A stretch of DNA of 64,000 nt from the human T2T-CHM13v2.0 reference genome, Homo sapiens: NCBI RefSeq assembly GCF_009914755.1, contig NC_060927.1, one strand, 5' to 3'. How positions within the stretch are numbered: position 1 is the stretch's first letter; each line of letters opens with the position of its first letter. Below, one piece after another: positions 30,180-45,149 of this stretch. The position numbers and the translations under genes were made by a program. The notes under the pieces are model-generated. The model had not been told where the DNA came from and searched no databases. It worked only from the letters and a program-made list of their open reading frames with translations.

Positions 30180-30600
30180 TATTGTTTCAGTCAGTATAGG
30201 CCATCTGCTATAACAACTCAAAGATCGCTATGACTTAACATAAGAAAAGTTTGTTTCCCACTCATAGGAAATTTCAAAACAAACATTTCTGGTTGTCTGG
30301 GTTTCCTCCAAGATGTAATCAGGGACTCAAGCTTCTCCCACTTAGAATCCCGTCATCTTCAATGCCGGCCTTCAAGGTTATCATAGAAAGGGAAGAGATA
30401 TTGGATAGGTATCCTCCTCTGACTAGAAGTGATACATATAAATTTTTGCTCCTATCCCACTGTCTAGTCACGTGGTCCTATCTAGATGCAAGAGGACAAG
30501 GAAATGTTGTCTAGATTTGGGGAGCCACTTCCCAAGAGCAAATCTACACTGTGGGAAGGAAATGTGAATCTTGGATAGTCAACTAGTCATCTCTGTTCTT
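30180..30600 (-). mobile_element. Old MLT1 (J/K-like) LTR
   Basis: 'ctgctataacaac...gacttaaca...ctagtcacgtggtcctatctagatgcaagagga..ggaaatgttgtct'. Confidence 0.5.
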
Positions 30601-31589
30601 AGCTCTAAGCTTAAAAAACTCTAGGTGCAAAGAAAACTAATGAAATAAGACAGACTGTCAAGCATTGGATTTTTCTGACGGCCTATGATATGTAGTAAAA
30701 TAAAGGTAATAGGCATGTTTTTCAGACATAACTAATTCTAATCACTGTTGCTATGAAACTCCTACAGCACTGTTTTATTAATAGTTTCCTCTTATGGAGT
30801 TCTGTTGTTACTGTCACCATCGATGTATCTGTTGATGTGGGTGTCCTTGAAATAATGACTGACTGACCAGAACCACCTTAATTTCAAGGTTTGATAGACT
30901 CATGGGGGTAAATATTGCTATTCACAGGATTGAAAAGACTGAAAGAGAAAGAAAAACATGATTCATTTCAACTCTCTGTTATGGTGGTATTAAAAGAATT
31001 GAAAAATTCTGGGTATGTGAGATGAATGAAAACAGGACTACCATCTAAGGTTATTCAGGTTGTTTGCTGCACAACTGTGGGGGCACCATTCACATTCTAA
31101 GCTGTATAAATTGTGTCCTCCAGGTGTTGTGTGGCTAATATGTAGAGAATCTGAATGAAAATTTTAGCAATGGAGTAACTAGGAAAACAATAGCATTTTA
31201 ATCACAATTCGTGAGCCTGCAACTATACATGCACACTGTAATCTAGCTGATAACTTGCTCTTTAGGTTTTGCTAATTCAAGTTCTGATCAACATTTCTTA
31301 AAATAGTATGTAAGAAAGTCTTGTTTCTTAAGCAGATATTTCATGTTTCTGTAGAGAAGAGGCAAGAAAAATCAAGAGGAAGAGAGTTTGAGAGTATAAT
31401 GAAAAGTAGAGAAACAAAAAAGAAAAGATGAAGGGGTCAAGGAGTTATGACATTTTGAGAACTAAATGAGTAGATTTGGAGACTTCTCTGAACCTCCGAA
31501 CTTCTGATCACTTATCTGTAAAGTGGGAGGCTTAGACTAGGTGATCTCCATTCTTGCATACAGTGTTCAAAGAAACATAAAACACCATA

Positions 31590-31921
31590 TGTATTTTCCA
31601 TCTGCAGTTGATTGAATGTGCAGATGTGGAATCTGTGGATATGGAGGGCTGACTGTACTACCCAATTTTATATAAAAGACTTGAGCATTCATAAATTTTG
31701 ATATCCAAGGGGAATCCTGGAACCAATCCCTTCTAGGTACAGAAGGCCAACTGTATTATGTGTTATAAGTAATCAAGAAACTATTTGAAGTATACAAGAG
31801 GATGTGTGTAGGTTACATGCAAATACAATGGCATTTTATTGCAAGGAACTTGAGCATCTGTGGATTTTGTTTTCTTCAGGGGTCCTGGGACCAGTCCCTC
31901 AAGTATACCAAGGGTTGACTG
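31590..31921. mobile_element. MER2/MER2B Tigger-family composite
   Basis: Three co-oriented MER2-type termini ending at about 31657, 31754 and 31923, and duplicated 'acttgagcat...tcctgg(a/g)acca' segments. Confidence 0.75.
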
Positions 31922-32714
31922 TACAGAGAAACCTATTACAGTTGTTGTTTTACTCAAGAAATACCATATAAGACAAGAAGAGTGGTTTGGTGGCAGAAAC
32001 ATTTGTCTGAGATTCAGAAAAGATAGATTCTAATACTGGCTCTCCTACCAACTTGTTGATCATTTCACCTTTCTGGACCTCAGTTTACCCATTTATAAGA
32101 AGTCTCAGTTTACTCACCTATATAAAGTGCATCAAGTGATCTGTAAGGTTGTTTCAACTCTTCCTAGTCTCTGATTCTAGAATTCTTAAATGGATGTATG
32201 TTTTTGCCCTAAAAAAACAACAAAAATTAGCCCAGAATGTCATCAGATCTGCACACTGGAATCATATAACATGGGAAAAGCCCACCAAAGGCCAAAGAAG
32301 AAACATAAATTATGACAGTATGTGGTCTCTTCAAGTTAGTCCATCCCAGTTGTTACTGCTTACTAAATTTATCAAATTCTTTAACTCTTTAGGTATTATT
32401 AGATTTGTACAGAAAACAGAAACACATACCACCCTTTCTGATAGGGTTTTTGAATTCTAAATCCATAGGAAGATTTCGTGTTGCCAGTGGTTAATTTAAT
32501 TTTACCTGCTTTCATTGTTTACCAGGTTTCCCTTGGTTGGCTGACAGCCATCTTCAAAAATGTGTTCTGAGCATCTCTTGGGCATATTGCACTGTTGTAG
32601 TCATTATGAATTTTAAAGAAAACAAAAGGAAAAAGATAACATGCCTGATCTCACATAGTTCAAAATAATTCCAACAAATTCGGGAGGTAACTAATTAGAT
32701 AATTTTAAAGACTA

Positions 32715-33023
<309 letters not shown>

Positions 33024-33102
33024 CTATTGGTCAGTAGTGGCTCTTAGTGGAGAAAAAAATAGTGACAACAAAGGCTTCCCTTGAGAATTGGAAACCATAG
33101 GC

Positions 33103-33116
33103 CTGCCCTCTTGTGG
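33103..33116 (-). promoter_or_regulatory. Candidate CTCF core motif CCACAAGAGGGCAG
   Basis: 13 of 14 positions match CCASYAGRKGGCRS. Motif only. Confidence 0.45.
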
Positions 33117-33464
33117 TTTTGGTTTTGATTCCTATTAAATATGCAATATGAATAACTCTAAGATGCCATGTAAATAAAAATAGTTCCAGTTGGTAACACC
33201 TTCTGGGACCCAGCTAAAACAAATGGAAATTCTCTTGGTAGGAAAATGTTCTCAACCAAGGTGCCTCAAGATACTTGCATATTAACGTCAGTCGAATATG
33301 TGATCTCAGTAAAAAGTTACCAAATACATAAGAAAGCAAGCTATGATAAGCAAGACTCAGCAAAAGGGAGAGGAGAAAAAAAAGAGATTGATGATTGATT
33401 GATTAAGACTGCCAAAAACTTAGAATTATCAGATACTGAATATGAACTACTTGATATTCTCATA

Positions 33465-34020
33465 ATCTATTAATGTTTAACAATTACCCCAGACCTTCGT
33501 GGCATAAAACAACCATGTATTATGCTCATGGAGTCTGTGGGTCAGTGACTTAGGATATAGGAAGAATGATTTGTCTCTGTTCCATGTTGTCTGGGTCCTC
33601 AGCTAGATGGCCTGAAGGCTGAAGTGACTTGACAGCTGACTGCTGCAATACTCTGAAGTCTCATTCATTCATATTTCTGGTGGTTCATGCTGGCTGTGAA
33701 TGGGACCTTAGTTGGAGTTATCAACCACACACCCAAATGTGGCCTCTCCATGTGGCCTTGACTTCTTCACAGTATGTTAATTGGTTCCCAGGGTGTGTGC
33801 AGAGAGAACCAGATAGAAGTCATATAATCCTTTCTAACCTACCTTCAGAGTCATGCAGCATCACTTCCACAATATTTTACTCATTAAGGAGATTACATGG
33901 CCTAGCCAGGCTTGAGGGAAGGGAAAATGTATTTCATTTCTTGATGAGGATTGGCAAGGTTCTGAGAAGGCATTTGGAGCCAGAGTATTGTTGCATCCAT
34001 TTTAGAGACAGTCTGTTACA
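33465..34020 (-). mobile_element. MLT1-family LTR
   Basis: 'taacaattaccccagaccttcgtggcataaaacaacc...ctcatggagtctgtgggtcag...cagcatcacttccac'. Confidence 0.65.
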
Positions 34021-34462
34021 CTATATAAAAATACTGAAACAAAAGATGGAAATAGGGGAGGAAGATTATGAGACGATAGACTACTCAACTTGAAAAAAGA
34101 CCCAGCTACAACTTACAAAATTAAAAACATGTAATTATTGGAATTTAAAATTCAGTGGATGGCTTAACTAGCAGATTAAACATCTTCTTTAAAAATATCA
34201 ATGTACTAAAACAGAGCTTAAGAAATTACTTGGAATATACTATGGAGAAATAAGAAAGTAAAAAAATGAGAAAGGGTAATTGAGACACAGAAGCTAGTAT
34301 GAGAAGGCCTAACATAAGTACAGGTGGGGGTTCAAGAACGAGAGAATAGAGACAATGGGGGAGACGTATTTGAAAACATAATGGCTTAGAATATTTTCTA
34401 GAATGTATGAAAGATATGCATACTCAGATTCTGGGAATACTGTGAGTCTCAAAAATAATAAG

Positions 34463-34870
<408 letters not shown>

Positions 34871-36763
34871 TTAAACTGATGGTTGACTTCTCAACAGCCA
34901 CCACAGAATCAAGGAGACAGTGAAATAATATCTTTAAAATGCTGATAGAAAACAACCAGCAACTTGGAATTAAAGATCTGATCAAATAATCATTAAAGCA
35001 CGAGGGTAAAATAAAGACATTTTCAGATATTTTTTAAAGTAGAACATTTTCACAGATGGACATTCATTTACAGAACTTCTAAAAGATATGCCTCAGGAAA
35101 AAGAACATTTCTTCTGAGAAACAAGGTCTTAAATATAAGAAGGAATAGCCAGCAAAGAAATTGGCAAACATAGTAGTCAACCCAAGCAAACATTTTCTGT
35201 ATGAAACATATAATAATGTCTAATATGTGGGGTTAATGAAAAACAACACAGAATAAATATACTAGACAATAATAGCAGTTAAGTTGGGAGGGGATGAAGA
35301 GAATCAAAGTCTTATAAATTCCTTGTATTGTTAGGATGGAAAATATATCAATTAACTTAGGCATAGTCAAGTTTTAGTAGGCATGGCAAAATTTCAAGGA
35401 AACTACTAAAAGACATAGAATTCATAACTTCCAAACCAGTAAAACAGAACTATTAGAATAAGAAAGAAAAAACTCAGTCCAAAGGAAGGCAATCAAGAAG
35501 GGGAAAATAGATATAGAGAAATCTGGATAAGTAGGACAAGGCAGAAATAAATCCAAATGTCAGTAAGCACAGTAAATGTAAATGGACCAAACTAGCCAGT
35601 TAAGTGCTCCACAATTCACTTCATGAAATTACTATAACCTTAATGCAAAAGCCAGAAAATGATAGTATGAGAAAGTAAAATTACTGAGTCAGTCTTACCC
35701 GTGAACATAGTTCTAAAGTCATGGCTTGGTGAGAGGGATGACAATCATGAAACTGAAAGGGAAACAGTGCCTGTACTTACCATCCCTGATGTCAAAATGC
35801 CTGCAAGGACACTGCCTTCCTTTAGTTTATTTCTTGGGTAGAGACGACAGGAGGTCTTTATTGATATTATCTCATTTGAGATTGTCTCTTAATATTCATA
35901 ACCTAAGGCTGCTATACAGTGCCTGTGTTATATAACAGCACCTCTTTTACAACTCAGGATGTCACAGTATTATGAGTAATGAGGTGCTTGTGGGAGTTAT
36001 TGAAGGATTAACTATAGACTTGTAACCAATCCAAGAATTGCAGGAGATGAGGCACCCTCGTAAAGAATTTATCAAAGTAATTTGTCTATGTTGCTGTGGA
36101 CAGATTACATTCTTATTCACTCTCTGAAAGTTTATTGCCAGTCTCTGAGTAGTTACAAATGCATTATTAATAATCCTTAGAAAAGCAATACATTGTTGCA
36201 TGGCTTAAGCTTTGCTCGTGTCTAGAAATTTGGAACAGTTGAACCTGACTTCATTTCACTGCCTCTTAAAACTTGATCCCCCTGAAACAAAACCTAAAGA
36301 AGTATTGTGTTTCTCCCTCTAAATTCAGTGAATCTACTTGTCATTTATTCAGTGGTATTTGAAAGCTTAAGTTGGCAAATTAGACTAATATTAAAAACTT
36401 AGATATGCCTCTCTTCCTTCCCCATCTTTGAGAGCTGTTACTGAGTAAAGGAGCAAATGAAAAGGGATGAAACTCTCTGGTAGTTAAGTAGTGTATCTAA
36501 ACTAAGTGGAGTAGATACTGCCTAGTTGTAAACTTCAGCCAGTTGTCTGTTGAGAAAGACAGGTGCAGGGGCTTTTCTTTTTTATTTTTCATGCAACAAC
36601 TTACTTAGTGTATAACACTGAGCTATCCCTGTTTGGAAGAAGCCAGAGGCCCAGAAAATTTTTGCTAAAGGAGGGGTTGCTTTATGTATCTCCCTTAAAG
36701 GGAGATGGGTAGGACAGGATTCAGATGCTCCTGAGTCCCATAGTGAAAATACCATTTATAACC

Positions 36764-37109
36764 TGCTGTAGACTGTATGTTTATGATCCCCCCAAATTCA
36801 TATGTTGAAACCTGAAGCCCAATGTGATGGTATTTGGAGGTGGGGCCTTTGGGAGGTGATTAGGTCATGAGGGTGGATCCCTCGTGAATGGGATTAATGC
36901 CCTTATAAAAGAGACCTTAAGGAGCTTTCTCACCCCTTCCTCCGTTTGAAGACATGGTGAGAAGGTATGGTCTATGAACCAGCCAGCGGGCCCTCACCAG
37001 AAACTGAGTCTGCTGGCACCTTGATCTTGGGCTTCTCAGCTTCCAAAACTATGAGAAGTAAATTGCTGTTGTTTGGTATTTTATTATAGCAGCCCTAACA
37101 GACTAAGAT
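36764..37109 (+). mobile_element. MLT1A-like solo LTR
   Basis: 'ccccaaattcatatgttgaaacc...ggaggtggggcctttgggaggtgattaggtcatgaggg...atagcagccctaacagactaaga'. Confidence 0.85.
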
Positions 37110-38214
37110 CCTCACCATAGTTTCCATCAAGCTACAAGAAGGGCATGTTGTGAAGGCAGGAAAGCATACCATGTGGTGGGCCCAGGCTGAAAGGAGCCAG
37201 CTGCCCACACCACCTCGCTTTTGATAAAGTTGGATGGAGGGGGGTGATGGAAGTCCAAAGGAATTCCTTAGGTGTTTGTGTCTCACATCCTTATCTCTGA
37301 GGCAGCTGCTGCCAGCTCATCTCCCTGTCCCTGCAGCTCAGAGGGCAGAGAGGTGCATTCCCTAGAACCAGTCAGCATTCAGAGCTGTTTGGCATCACCA
37401 CTGCCTCATACTGCTATTCTTCATCCTCTTCGGACTGTATCCACTCTGACTCGTGGTCATCCCCAAAACTTTGCATGAAGCAAAAGGAACTCTTCATTCA
37501 GACAGAGAGAGAGTTGGAGAGGGAACCAGGTGAGCATACCTCATGGCCTGAAGAACGTTATCCAAGAGAAAAGGTTTATTCTTAGAATTGTTATGTAGGC
37601 AACAATTCACTGATCTCTGCCTCCAAGTGGCTTAAAATTCACTGACAAGATATAGAAAAGTGAAATGTAAGATTGAGAGAATGATTTGAAAATAATTGCT
37701 TTTGTTTTAGTATTTGCAGGCCCATATGCAATAATCCTTTCATTTTTCCCTTGGTTTATCCTTCAGTCTCAGACTGTCCTGATGGGTAGCTTTTTAAATA
37801 TAGGGTAGCAAGTCCACTAACATTTCTCCCAGTTACCAAGGAGACCTTATTGGCCTTAATACATTACCACCACTAAGTCAGAAGTCTTACATAATTAAGT
37901 GTTGTCATCTGTTTCACTTCGTACTTTAATAAACCTGGACTGATTCTTTCATTTTGCTTCTAATGCTTGCTTCTCTAGCCTGTGGTGAGATGTCATTCTT
38001 TCCTTTATAAGAATTGTGTTTTGATGACCGAAGAAGGGTTTTTGGTGTTGTGAAATTCTTCTGGAGTTCTGGAATTATCTCTTTCCTATGAATGCTTGAG
38101 GAACCACTAGAGGAAGCCATTGAGAAGTGGGCAAGACCACAGGTTCTGGACTAGCCTCCCTCCTTGGCTCAGATGTGGAGTACCTACAAAGTGCATGCCC
38201 CACTGCTTTCGCAT

Positions 38215-38375
38215 ATTTACGTAAGAGGTAGGTGGTGTTATCCCCATTATACAGTTGAGGAAACTGAGACTCAATAAGGTTAAATAATACTCAGGGTTAA
38301 ATTGGCTGCAAATAAATAATTGAATTAAGATTTTAATTCCTGGCCTCTGACTGCAAGCCCGGTGTTCTTTCAGCT
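38215..38375 (-). mobile_element. MIR
   Basis: 'ttatccccattatacagttgaggaaactgagactca'. Confidence 0.7.
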
Positions 38376-38914
38376 ATTTGATATTGGCAGTTAGGAGAAA
38401 TAATGGGTTCAAGGAAATAGAATTTTTCAATAGGAGGACAAGAGTACCTTTGGGTCCCGATACAGGGCCCAGTGGCCACTAGTGATGATATCTTACCACA
38501 GAGGCAAGGAAAGTTTACTAATACCTGGAGTATGGGTGTGATTCTTAAAAACAGGACAAACCTTGGAGGAATGGGTCTCTCAGGAGATCAGTTCTTTATT
38601 TGGCCCAAAGAGCCAAGGAGGCAGTTCCTGTGTCAGTGCAGAATAGGCGGATGCCCACAGAAGGCTCTTCAGAGTCCAGATAGGTGAAGGCGTGTGGTAA
38701 CAGAGCCCAGGAAAGGATCTGCAGGGCCCAGAGCCAAGAAGAGTAAGAACTGGTTTTATAGGCACAAAGAGATTAGTGAGGCTCCTGCCAGATGTGGAAA
38801 CAACCGTACCAGTTCATCTGCACCTTGAGCCAGGTGTTAAGCGTCTTTGCTTCAGTAAAGCATTAATATTTTCTTGCTTATAAAGCTGCTCACCTGTGAC
38901 TGTTTGGGTCTTCT

Positions 38915-39700
38915 TTTCATTTTTTCACTAAGAATATTGGATACCTACTGTGTGCCAGTCATCATTCTAGGTAGCTAATAAGACAAATAAGATATCTTCC
39001 CTCCTGGAGCATATAGACTAGTTAGGGAATCTAGACAATAGTAAAAAAAAAAAAAATTTTATTATCAGCATGAGATCCCTACTAAGCAGAGAATTAATGG
39101 GGTTACTATGATGGCATGTGATTAGTAGCTAGTTTGGGTGGTCAAGAAAGCATCTCAGAATCGATGACATTAGGTTGCTTTGTGAATGACACCTGCCAAG
39201 GTGAATAGAAAAGAATTTGCAGATAGAAGAACAGCAGAGGTAAAGGCCCTGAAGTAGGGACCTGCCTGAGATTGTTGAGGAATAGAAAGAGGGCCAATTG
39301 TGGTCAGAGCATAGTGGTGAGAGAGAACCAGTGGAATGAGATGAGGTATGCATGCAGTTGGGCAGCAAAAGTAAGAAGTTTGGGTTTTATCTTAAGTGTA
39401 ATGAGGAGCCATTGGAAAATTCTAAACAGATAAATAACATGATATTCTTTATGTCTTGAAAAGATACCTGACTGCTTTGTGGAGAATTGATTGTAGGAGT
39501 TTAGGAGTGGAAGCAGTGTTTCCAGTTAGGAGTTGATTACATAGTCAGGCAAGAAGAGATGGTGACAAATTGGACTAAGGTGGTAGTCATGGATATGGGG
39601 CAATATGAGAATCAGGAAACATCTTGGAAGTAAAGTCAAAAGGATTCGTTCATGAATTGGATGATATAGAGTGAGAGAGGCAAGTTCAGTCAACCCAGAG
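38915..39700 (-). mobile_element. L2 LINE 3' fragment
   Basis: 'acctactgtgtgccagtc...ttctagg', 'aaaggccctgaagtaggga' and 'ctgactgctttgtggagaattga'. Confidence 0.7.
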
Positions 39701-42700
39701 AGTCAACAGAGTAAAAGATGTCCTAACCAGATAGGTTTTAGGTCCAAAATTGCTCATTATAAAGAAAGAGATAATGAGCTTTTTGTGACCTCAGTGCTGA
39801 TGGCAACAACAGCATCATATGTAGATCCTGTTGTGGTTAGAACACACGGACAGTGAGAAATCACAAGGACAAAAAACTAGGGCCATCTCTGGAAGTGGTA
39901 CCTGTTTCATTCATTTATTCATTCATCAAATATGTAATATCTGCTAGGCATAGATAAGTGTTCTGAATATAAAAAGATAAATTTCTACCTCAGATGCTCA
40001 CACTCTTATTCCTTATGGGAATTTTCACAAACAGTCCACCATGAAGTCACACCTTTGGATTGAGACCTCTGTGGACATCAAGTTAGTTGATGTCTGCAAT
40101 CAACAAAGCAGCCCTTTAATTTCTGGATTGGTTTTGGTTTTTCTACAGCAGTAATAACTTAGACCCTTTTAAAAATGCATTTCTGAAAAGAAAGCAGACA
40201 TCGTCACTCTTCCTGGCTGTGCATCAGTGATTGTGCTCCTCATACTCTTACTTACCTCTTCTCACCTGCCCACTCCTGAGACTTACTGGCATATAGTAGC
40301 TGAAAGTATTACTGTTTTCCTGGAGGATTGTAAAGGGTGTCTGAAAGCACTCTATTTTTCCCTCTCACAAGATCCAAACTGCATTAATTTATCATTGAAT
40401 ATTTCCATTTTAAGAAGCTGTTAATTCCAATAAACGTTGATGGAGGTTTGAAGCCCAAACATTTTAATGAAGCCATAAATCAAGAAGCCATGGTGGCTTT
40501 CTTCAAATGTCCTCACACAAAATGATCTGCAGGAGGGAAGGTTTTCTATGGTATTTTAGCGGCTGCTTCAGGCAGACAGATGCATTCCCAGCTTGGATGT
40601 TAATATGTTATAGTTAGCTCAGTGTAAAGCTGGTGTGGAAAACCATGAGTTTGTGGTTCAGTTGTCAGCTACTTCATGTCCTTTCTCCCTCACCTGTCTC
40701 AAATTCTGGCATTGGTCATAAAGAGCCTTGAAGTTGCACATATCAGAGGGCAAGTATCATTAACATATGTATTTGTTTCCTTAGGTTATCCCTGCCCTTC
40801 ATAACTACATTTGCCAATGTACTTTACCATTCAGGTTATAGCTCAGTTTAATATTCTGCCTCCACTCAGCATAGTCTCATACACTCATTTTTGGAATTCT
40901 GCAGCTATTACCTTTATGTGTTGAAATGAGTGAGTGTCTTATCTGCCTGTGGACTAAATTCTCACTGGTATTTTTTCAAATGTCTTAAAATATTCACTTG
41001 CTTATAATTTCATACTGAATGCAGTTTTCCTGGGCTCAGTGGATCTGTTTCAACATATTGTATCTATTCTGTATAGTGTCATATATTATTTAAATGTATT
41101 TATTATAAAATAGGACATGCACAAGTTTTGCAGATTGCCAAGGAAGTTGCCCTCTGGGCAGATTTTCTATGAACTACATCAATCTCATGATCTCCTCCTC
41201 CTCCCTACTTTCATTTATAGAGCATCCTGGTACCAGACGTTACCATAGTGATGTAGAAAGATTGCTCAAACAAAAATGGGAGAGACATAGCAGTGAGCTT
41301 TTATCTTCACTGCTTTGGGTTGCTGTGCACCCACCAACTAAGATACAGCATGTGGAAAAGCAGGGAGACATATCCTAGAGGCTACTAACTGTCATTAGAG
41401 ATGAGGGTGTTGTAATACTTGTGAATTCCTGAGAAGTCAGTTCATTAGCTAGTTATTAAGTCCCCGCTGTGTGCCAAGCCCCACTAGGCGGGGGATGCAC
41501 ACAAGAGAAGATATGGTTGCTCCCTTCAAAGAACTTACAGTCTAGTAATTGCACCCCTTTCACTCAAAAGAGTTGCTTTGCAGAAATCTTGACAATTCCA
41601 AATATGTTCCCTTTTCTGACAGGCGTCTTTTCCAAATCTCTTGAGAATAGATTCCTGAAGTATATGATTATAAATCAAATTTTTGTCCTGAATACCTTGC
41701 TAATGGAGTGAAAATGGGAACCTGTATTGAAATACTTAAAACTTGTGTATTTTTGGAAGCTCTCTGTTGCTGTAGATCATAGGCAAGGGTTTGTAACACT
41801 TTGTAAACCAATTGCTATGTTCCCTTGCAAAAATCCTGACCTATTGAGAATGCCCCAGGTGAGGTAGAGACCATATGTGTTGTAAGACTCCAGACAACCT
41901 TGTGTGGTGAACTGGAAAGCTTTTACTTTCTTAGAGAAAAATAATTGAAATACTGTAGTGGTAAATTAAAGGGAAGGAACTGGAGTGGCAAGTGAGAAAT
42001 TAGGTGAATTCCATTTTCTGCATAAGCAAGTAGGTAGCAAAGAACATGCCATCTGAAGCTAAGTTATTACCTGAGTGTTTGCTGCCTTTAAAAGCTCCAT
42101 CAATTCTTCTAGTATACTTTGTTTGGGACTGTTTGCTACGTTTCTATTCTATCCTGATCACAATTAAAGTAAAATAAACCATTTCAGTGCTTGGAGAATC
42201 CCATAAATATAACAATGAAATTTTTCCCCAAATCTGTGAACACTGTAGCCTTGTTCCCTGACCTGTTGGAAAGGTGAAAAGAAGCTCTTGAGTGATAATA
42301 CTTAGAGATTCTAATAACACTAAAAAGTCAAATTTGTTGCTTAAGTTTGAATTTTACCATTCATGTCAACCCCAGGAAGGACAGACTTCTAAACAGTGAA
42401 GTAGCCCAAAATTAGCAATGGAAGAGAGAGAAGGACACAGATAATCCCAAAACTATGTAATCAAAACTTGCAGGCAGCATTTGGGCAGGGTGGAGAAGTC
42501 AGTCTGCCATGCTGTCTTTTTCCAGACCACACAGCTGCGGTGAGAGGACAAGGGATAGGAGAGCTACTGCAAAAGGCACATCCAGTTCAGAAATAATTGT
42601 TTTTTTCCTTTAACTTGAGCCTTTTTCAGAGCAGTTATTTTGTCTGTTTATGGAATAGACATTCTTTCATCCTGCAAAGGAAATAATCATTGTCCAGCTC

Positions 42701-42776
42701 AGAGGTGAATTATGGAGTATCAGGGAAGTAGAAGTGAAAATTTTTAGATATTCTACTTTCAAGAAGTAAATAACAG

Positions 42777-43067
42777 ACCAAGTGTGATGATGCATACCTG
42801 TAATACCAGCCCTTTGGGAGATCAAGGCAGGAGGATCGCTTGAGGCTAAGAGTTCAAGACCAGTCTGAGAAACGTAGTAAGAACCCATCTCTTAAAAAAA
42901 CAACAACAAAAATAGAAAACTTTTTTTTAAAAAATTAGCTGAGTGTGGTGGCACATACCTAGTCCCAACTGCTCAAACTCCATGAGTTTGAGGCTGCAGT
43001 GAACTATAATTGTGCCACTGTATTTCGGCCTAGGCAATAGAGCAAGACTGAGTCTCAAAAAAAAAAA
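42777..43067 (+). mobile_element. Diverged AluJ with a deletion in the right arm
   Basis: 'ggcaggaggatcgcttgagg' and 'tttgaggctgcagtgaactataattgtgccactg', followed by an A-tail. Confidence 0.85.
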
Positions 43068-45149
43068 TTCACCCGAAGAAAGCTATCTATCATGCTATTT
43101 TCCCAGTTAATAATAGATTACTTCAGCCATCTATGTTCTCTTGTCCAGATTGCTCATGAGCAGGAGCCACATTTGCAGCTGCAGGTCTGTGGTTAGAAGT
43201 TTATTCTATTAACTTGAAACTGTGATATTCTCAGCAAGAAGCCAACTAACTTGGGATTGAACTAATGTCCACAGATGTAACACCGTTTTGTAGCAAAGAT
43301 AGCATCATTCCTCTGCAAGTTGTCATTATATTGTTTCTGTCTGATTTGGTCACAAATTCATCACACACAAAAAAAAGTAGTGATAGTCTAAGTGCATGCA
43401 CTGGCTTTTGGAACAGTCCATGAAGCAAGTATAAATTTGTGGAGAAAACATGAGTTCATGAATATGCAAAGCACTTACCATAAAAAGAACAGGGTTTGAA
43501 GGTCATTCGTAAAACAAGCAGTGATGAAGTTACCTACCCTATAGGCTTACTGAAGGGACCAAATGAAATAATGCAGGCATGTCAGTCAGGAAAACAGTGC
43601 AGGAAACAGAAATCACTCTAGGTATTTCAAGCAGAAAGGGATTGCATATAAGGAATTATATGCTTCCAAAATTACTGGGAAGGCTAAGGCAGTAGATGGT
43701 GGGAACTGTGGTGTCCAAGGACACACTCCACTGTAGCAGCAGTCCGGAGGTCAGGAATGACTCTTGCTGGGCACCAGCACTCACCACAGTCATCTCTAAA
43801 CACCAACAAGATGGTGACCAAGATACTGAAATGCTGAATACAGCTGCCTCACTGCTGGTCATTCTGAACACTCACATTAATCAAAGATTACATATACCCA
43901 GATGGATCCGATTAGCATAGATCTGCTAGGAATCATCATAGCCAGACGTAGGCAAGACAGGATCCTTTGGTTATGTGTTCTATTAACTTACTTCCTCCAG
44001 ACAGCTTTTGTTCCTGTCTCTAACGTTTTGTATGTCTTTGAGGTTTGATGTTCTACCTTGAAGCTTTGAAATAGTTCATTTTAAAATGGGTCCTTGAGCT
44101 CCCAACCTGTTGGTAGGCAGAACACATACTTTGGGTTGAATGTGATCACTGTAGCCTGCAGTACAGTGCAGCACTTTCGGCACTAGCACTTGCAGATAAA
44201 ATATAACTATCCTCCTATCATTTGCTGAGGCTGCAGTGCAGTGATTCTGAACCCAATGTGTGGGAGCCTTTGCGAACCAATGTGCTCACATTTAATCCAC
44301 ACCTCTAACCTTTCCATCTCAACCTGCCATCCTTGACAAGCAGAGCTGCAGTGAGAGAAAATCCCAAGTTTGGACTTCCAAGTAAGGAGATGGAATGAAG
44401 AGGTGTCTGCTGTTGGGCTTTTGCGGAAAGCCTGAATGAGATCATTGAAAATAAATGGAATATGCATGCTTTTTCCCCTCCAGATTCCATAGTTCTCCTA
44501 TATCAAGGCAGATAACAGGGAAGCTATATACTTTATTATTTGGCTCTTTGTAGAAATACCTTCACCAACCTAAAATTTAACATTATGCTTTTGACTTTTT
44601 CTTGAAAATGGCTGTATGTGAAACATTCCTATACTTTTTTGTTTTTAAAAAGTTTACCAAAGATACCATTCATTGTGTTGTCCGGTGCCTCTTATATCAA
44701 GACCTGTAAGATAAATTCCTCTTATAATTCAATACTAGGACAAAGGTTGTCTTTACTGACAAACTTATATGCTACTCCTTGCAAATATTGATAATAGTGT
44801 AATATATTCAGATCTCTTTTTGCCTTGACTCCAAGAAAGCTCTTAAAAAATTAGTTCACTTGCAGTAGTTTCCTTAGCCTAGATTTTCTGGATAATATTC
44901 TTCCTCCACCCAGCCTTATCATCACTTGTGGGGGTTGCTGTTAGGTTTTTTTTGTTGCTGTTGTTTGTTTGTTTTACTAATTGTATTCTTATAAACCACC
45001 TATCTCCCTTGGGGCATAGATTAGATATCAAATTCATGAATATCAATATTGGTATGAAAAGTCACCTATAGAATTCAAATATGCATGTCTGGAGCTTACC
45101 ACAGGACTAGTGACTTAGAATCTTTGGGATCAGGACTGAGATAAGAATA

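Noticed and set aside
33629-34093. 154-aa ORF
   Set aside because: It lies across an MLT1 LTR and L1 relic, starts at a non-ATG codon and has no recognisable domain.
43578-43900. Possible ancient LTR fragment
   Set aside because: The resemblance is too weak to assign a family or boundaries without a profile search.
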